Positions 34,334 through 36,519 of a stretch of DNA of 36,519 nucleotides are shown one piece after another; position 1 is the first letter of the stretch, and each line of letters opens with the position of its first letter. Made by a program: the position numbers and the translations under genes. Source of the stretch: Candidatus Omnitrophota bacterium (GTDB taxonomy: Bacteria; Omnitrophota; Gorgyraeia; Zapsychrales; Zapsychraceae); contig JADFXQ010000016.1 of assembly GCA_015233495.1 (NCBI GenBank), positions 1-36,519 of the forward strand, read 5' to 3'. The notes under the pieces are model-generated. The model made no database searches. It saw only the letters and a program-made list of their open reading frames with translations, and was not told the DNA's origin.

Positions 34334-34460
34334 AAGCCGCGCGCCACAAGCCGGTAAGGAAGTGGTTCCGCGCGAGTTTAGCGAAGCTTTCAATTATTTT
34401 CAGATAAGGGCCGAGCGTATGTTTAAGCCCGAAACCACTTCCTTACCGGCCCGCGCGCTT
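34334..34460. repeat. Intergenic long inverted-repeat element (MITE/REPIN-like or structured RNA)
   Basis: Perfect 18-bp inverted repeat gccggtaaggaagtggtt (34350-34367) / aaccacttccttaccggc (34433-34450), with imperfect outer arms aagccgcgcg / ccgcgcgctt. Confidence 0.8.
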
Positions 34461-34506
34461 TTAAACGATTGCGTTACCTAAGTCTATGGCAGCTACTCCC
34501 AAATAT

Positions 34507-36027
34507 CTACCTTGTCCTTTTACCGATCGCCTTATTGACCGCGTTCACATACGCCTTGGCGGACGCCTCAACAATATCCGTGCTGGCGCCTAAAGCGATA
34601 TAACTCACGCCCTCGATTTCCACCTTCACCGTGGCTTCGCCGATCGCGTCCTCACCGCGGGTCACGGACTGGATTGAATAATCCAATAAAGCGCCTTTAA
34701 TACCGGTGATCATTTCAATCGCCTTATAACACGCATCTACCGGTCCGTCACCCGTAGCTTTTTTCACAAACGTCTTGCCTTTCGACTTCAATGTCAATTC
34801 AACGCTGGGTTCCACAGCTGTCCCGCTTTGATAAACCAAACGTTCCAAAGACCACACCTGATCCGCGGTTTGCGCCTCATCGTCAACAATCGCCAGTAAA
34901 TCCTCGTCAAATACCTGCTTCTTTTTGTCCGCGACCGCCTTAAACCGCTCAAAAGCCTTATCCAACTCGTTTTCTTTCAATTCAATACCCAAAACCTTCA
35001 ACCGTTCCTTAAACGCGTGCCGGCCGGAATGTTTGCCTAAAATCAAACTTGTGCCGACAAACCCGACGTCATCCGGAGACATAATCTCATAAGTCGTGCG
35101 TTCTTTTAAAACTCCGTCCTGATGAATGCCGGATTCATGACGAAACGCGTTATGCCCGACGATCGCCTTATTCGGCGGCACTAAAAAACCCGTGGCTTTG
35201 CTGACCATCCGGGACACACGCAAAATTTCCTTGGTGTTAATCCCAGTCGTTACGCCAAAATAATCCGCCCTGGTCTTCAGGGCCATGACAATCTCTTCCA
35301 TAGACGCGTTGCCGGCGCGTTCGCCGATGCCGTTGACCGTACACTCCACCTGCCGCGCCCCGTTCTTCACCGCGGCCAAAGAATTCGCCACGCTCAATCC
35401 CAGATCATCGTGGCAATGAACGGAAATCACCGCCTTATTTATATTAGGGACGTTATTTTTAATATCCGCAATCAATTGACCATAAACCTCCGGGATACTA
35501 TAACCTACCGTATCCGGGATATTCACCGTCGTGGCGCCCGCCTTGATCACTGACTCCAATACCCGGTATAAAAATTCCCGTTCCGTGCGCGACGCGTCTT
35601 CCGGCGAAAATTCAATATCCCCCATCAACCCCCGGGCCAGCTTCACTGAATCCACGGCCATAGCTAAAATTTCATCCTGACTCTTGCGGAATTTAAAATC
35701 CAAATGGATTTTGGAAGTCGCCAAAAACACGTGGATCCGGCCGCATTTCGCCGCTTTCAAAGCCGCGTGCGCCGCCTCAATATCCTTCTTGATCGACCGC
35801 GCCAACCCGCAGACGATCGACTTCTTGATATTTTTCGCAACCGCGACCACCGACGCGAAATCCCCCGGAGAAATCACCGGAAACCCCGCCTCAATGATAT
35901 CCACCCCCAACCGCTCCAAAGCAAAAGCGATCTCTAATTTTTCGCGGTCATTCATGCTGGCGCCCGGCGCCTGCTCCCCGTCGCGCAAAGTCGTGTCAAA
36001 AATCAAAACCCGGTCCTGTTTTTTCAT
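34507..36027 (-). CDS. leuA: 2-isopropylmalate synthase
   Basis: FDTTLRDGEQAPG, IEAGFP, HCHDDLG, GIGERAGNA, HESGIHQDG, LGKHSGRHA, C-terminal GDGPVDA regulatory domain. Confidence 0.96.
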   Translation of the reverse strand: MKKQDRVLIFDTTLRDGEQAPGASMNDREKLEIAFALERLGVDIIEAGFPVISPGDFASVVAVAKNIKKSIVCGLARSIKKDIEAAHAALKAAKCGRIHVFLATSKIHLDFKFRKSQDEILAMAVDSVKLARGLMGDIEFSPEDASRTEREFLYRVLESVIKAGATTVNIPDTVGYSIPEVYGQLIADIKNNVPNINKAVISVHCHDDLGLSVANSLAAVKNGARQVECTVNGIGERAGNASMEEIVMALKTRADYFGVTTGINTKEILRVSRMVSKATGFLVPPNKAIVGHNAFRHESGIHQDGVLKERTTYEIMSPDDVGFVGTSLILGKHSGRHAFKERLKVLGIELKENELDKAFERFKAVADKKKQVFDEDLLAIVDDEAQTADQVWSLERLVYQSGTAVEPSVELTLKSKGKTFVKKATGDGPVDACYKAIEMITGIKGALLDYSIQSVTRGEDAIGEATVKVEIEGVSYIALGASTDIVEASAKAYVNAVNKAIGKRTR

Positions 36028-36042
36028 AAGTCCACCTTTATT

Positions 36043-36519
36043 TTACCCGAATTTTTTCCCTAACTCCACAGCCAGCTCATAAATCCCGGGTTGTTTAACT
36101 ATCTCTCCCGAAACCCCGGCGTTTTTGACGACCAACGAAGCATACGACATTCCTGAGTATTCAGCGGTCAATTGAAACGGTTTTTCAAACGTGTCAAATC
36201 CCGCGTCTTCGTAGCCGCTTCCTAAAAAAACAAGGGTCTTGCCCTTGAGCGGCGTTGTCATGGTGTGGGCCGCGTTGTCCCATTTATAAAGAGAAAACAT
36301 CCGGTCGATCACTGTCTTTAACTGGGCGCTCGGCCCGAAAAAATAAAGCGGCGTGGCCATGACAATCACGTCCGCGGATATCATCTTAAGCAGTACTTGC
36401 GCCGCGTCATCTTCGATCACGCATCCATAACCGGTTTTTTTCTGACACTGCCGGCACGACGTACATCCGGGATGTTTATACTTTAAAAAAGCCGCGGATA
36501 TAATTTCCACACCCGCATT
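36043..36519 (-). CDS. Flavodoxin-family / NADPH-dependent FMN reductase (iron-sulfur flavoprotein-like), 5' end outside the window
   Basis: CTSCRQC-x6-C cluster, ADVIVMATPLYF, SAQLKTVIDRM; frame stays open to the window edge. Confidence 0.88.
   Translation of the reverse strand, partial: NAGVEIISAAFLKYKHPGCTSCRQCQKKTGYGCVIEDDAAQVLLKMISADVIVMATPLYFFGPSAQLKTVIDRMFSLYKWDNAAHTMTTPLKGKTLVFLGSGYEDAGFDTFEKPFQLTAEYSGMSYASLVVKNAGVSGEIVKQPGIYELAVELGKKFG

Noticed and set aside
142..36082. Many plus-strand ORFs of 60-233 aa (for example 9486-10049, 12453-13154, 27340-27849) and short alternate-frame minus ORFs
   Set aside because: They overlap well-supported genes and show no recognisable motifs; shadow ORFs. 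Only 18923-19198 is kept.

Overview
A 36.5 kb stretch of bacterial chromosome (genetic code 11, roughly balanced GC), almost entirely minus-strand housekeeping and cell-envelope genes. Gene content and order suggest a PVC-superphylum organism, possibly Candidatus Omnitrophota (inference, not verified). In transcription order (right to left): flavodoxin-like protein (partial), leuA, aroE, pilD, aroK, dprA, topA, xerC, then a large LPS cluster (waaA-lpxK fusion, lpxL-ELM1 fusion, GT4-GT9 fusion, GT4, waaF-like GT9, GT9-GT9 fusion, rfaE1, kdsB-kdsA-kdsD-kdsC, lptC-lptA fusion, lptB), then tig, clpP, a class V aminotransferase, serA, purA, an OmpA/MotB-like lipoprotein plus coiled-coil partner, uppS, cdsA, dxr and rseP (partial). 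A higBA toxin-antitoxin pair and one small plus-strand DUF1640-like gene interrupt the LPS cluster. No rRNA, tRNA, CRISPR array, transposase or prophage was seen. Most notable: (1) five gene fusions in the LPS cluster, two with linkers that look like captured intergenic repeats; (2) three families of 7-bp tandem repeats sitting exactly at stop/start junctions; (3) structured intergenic elements, including a possible kissing-loop RNA before serA; (4) a trigger factor with no PPIase domain; (5) an apparently leaderless higB transcript.
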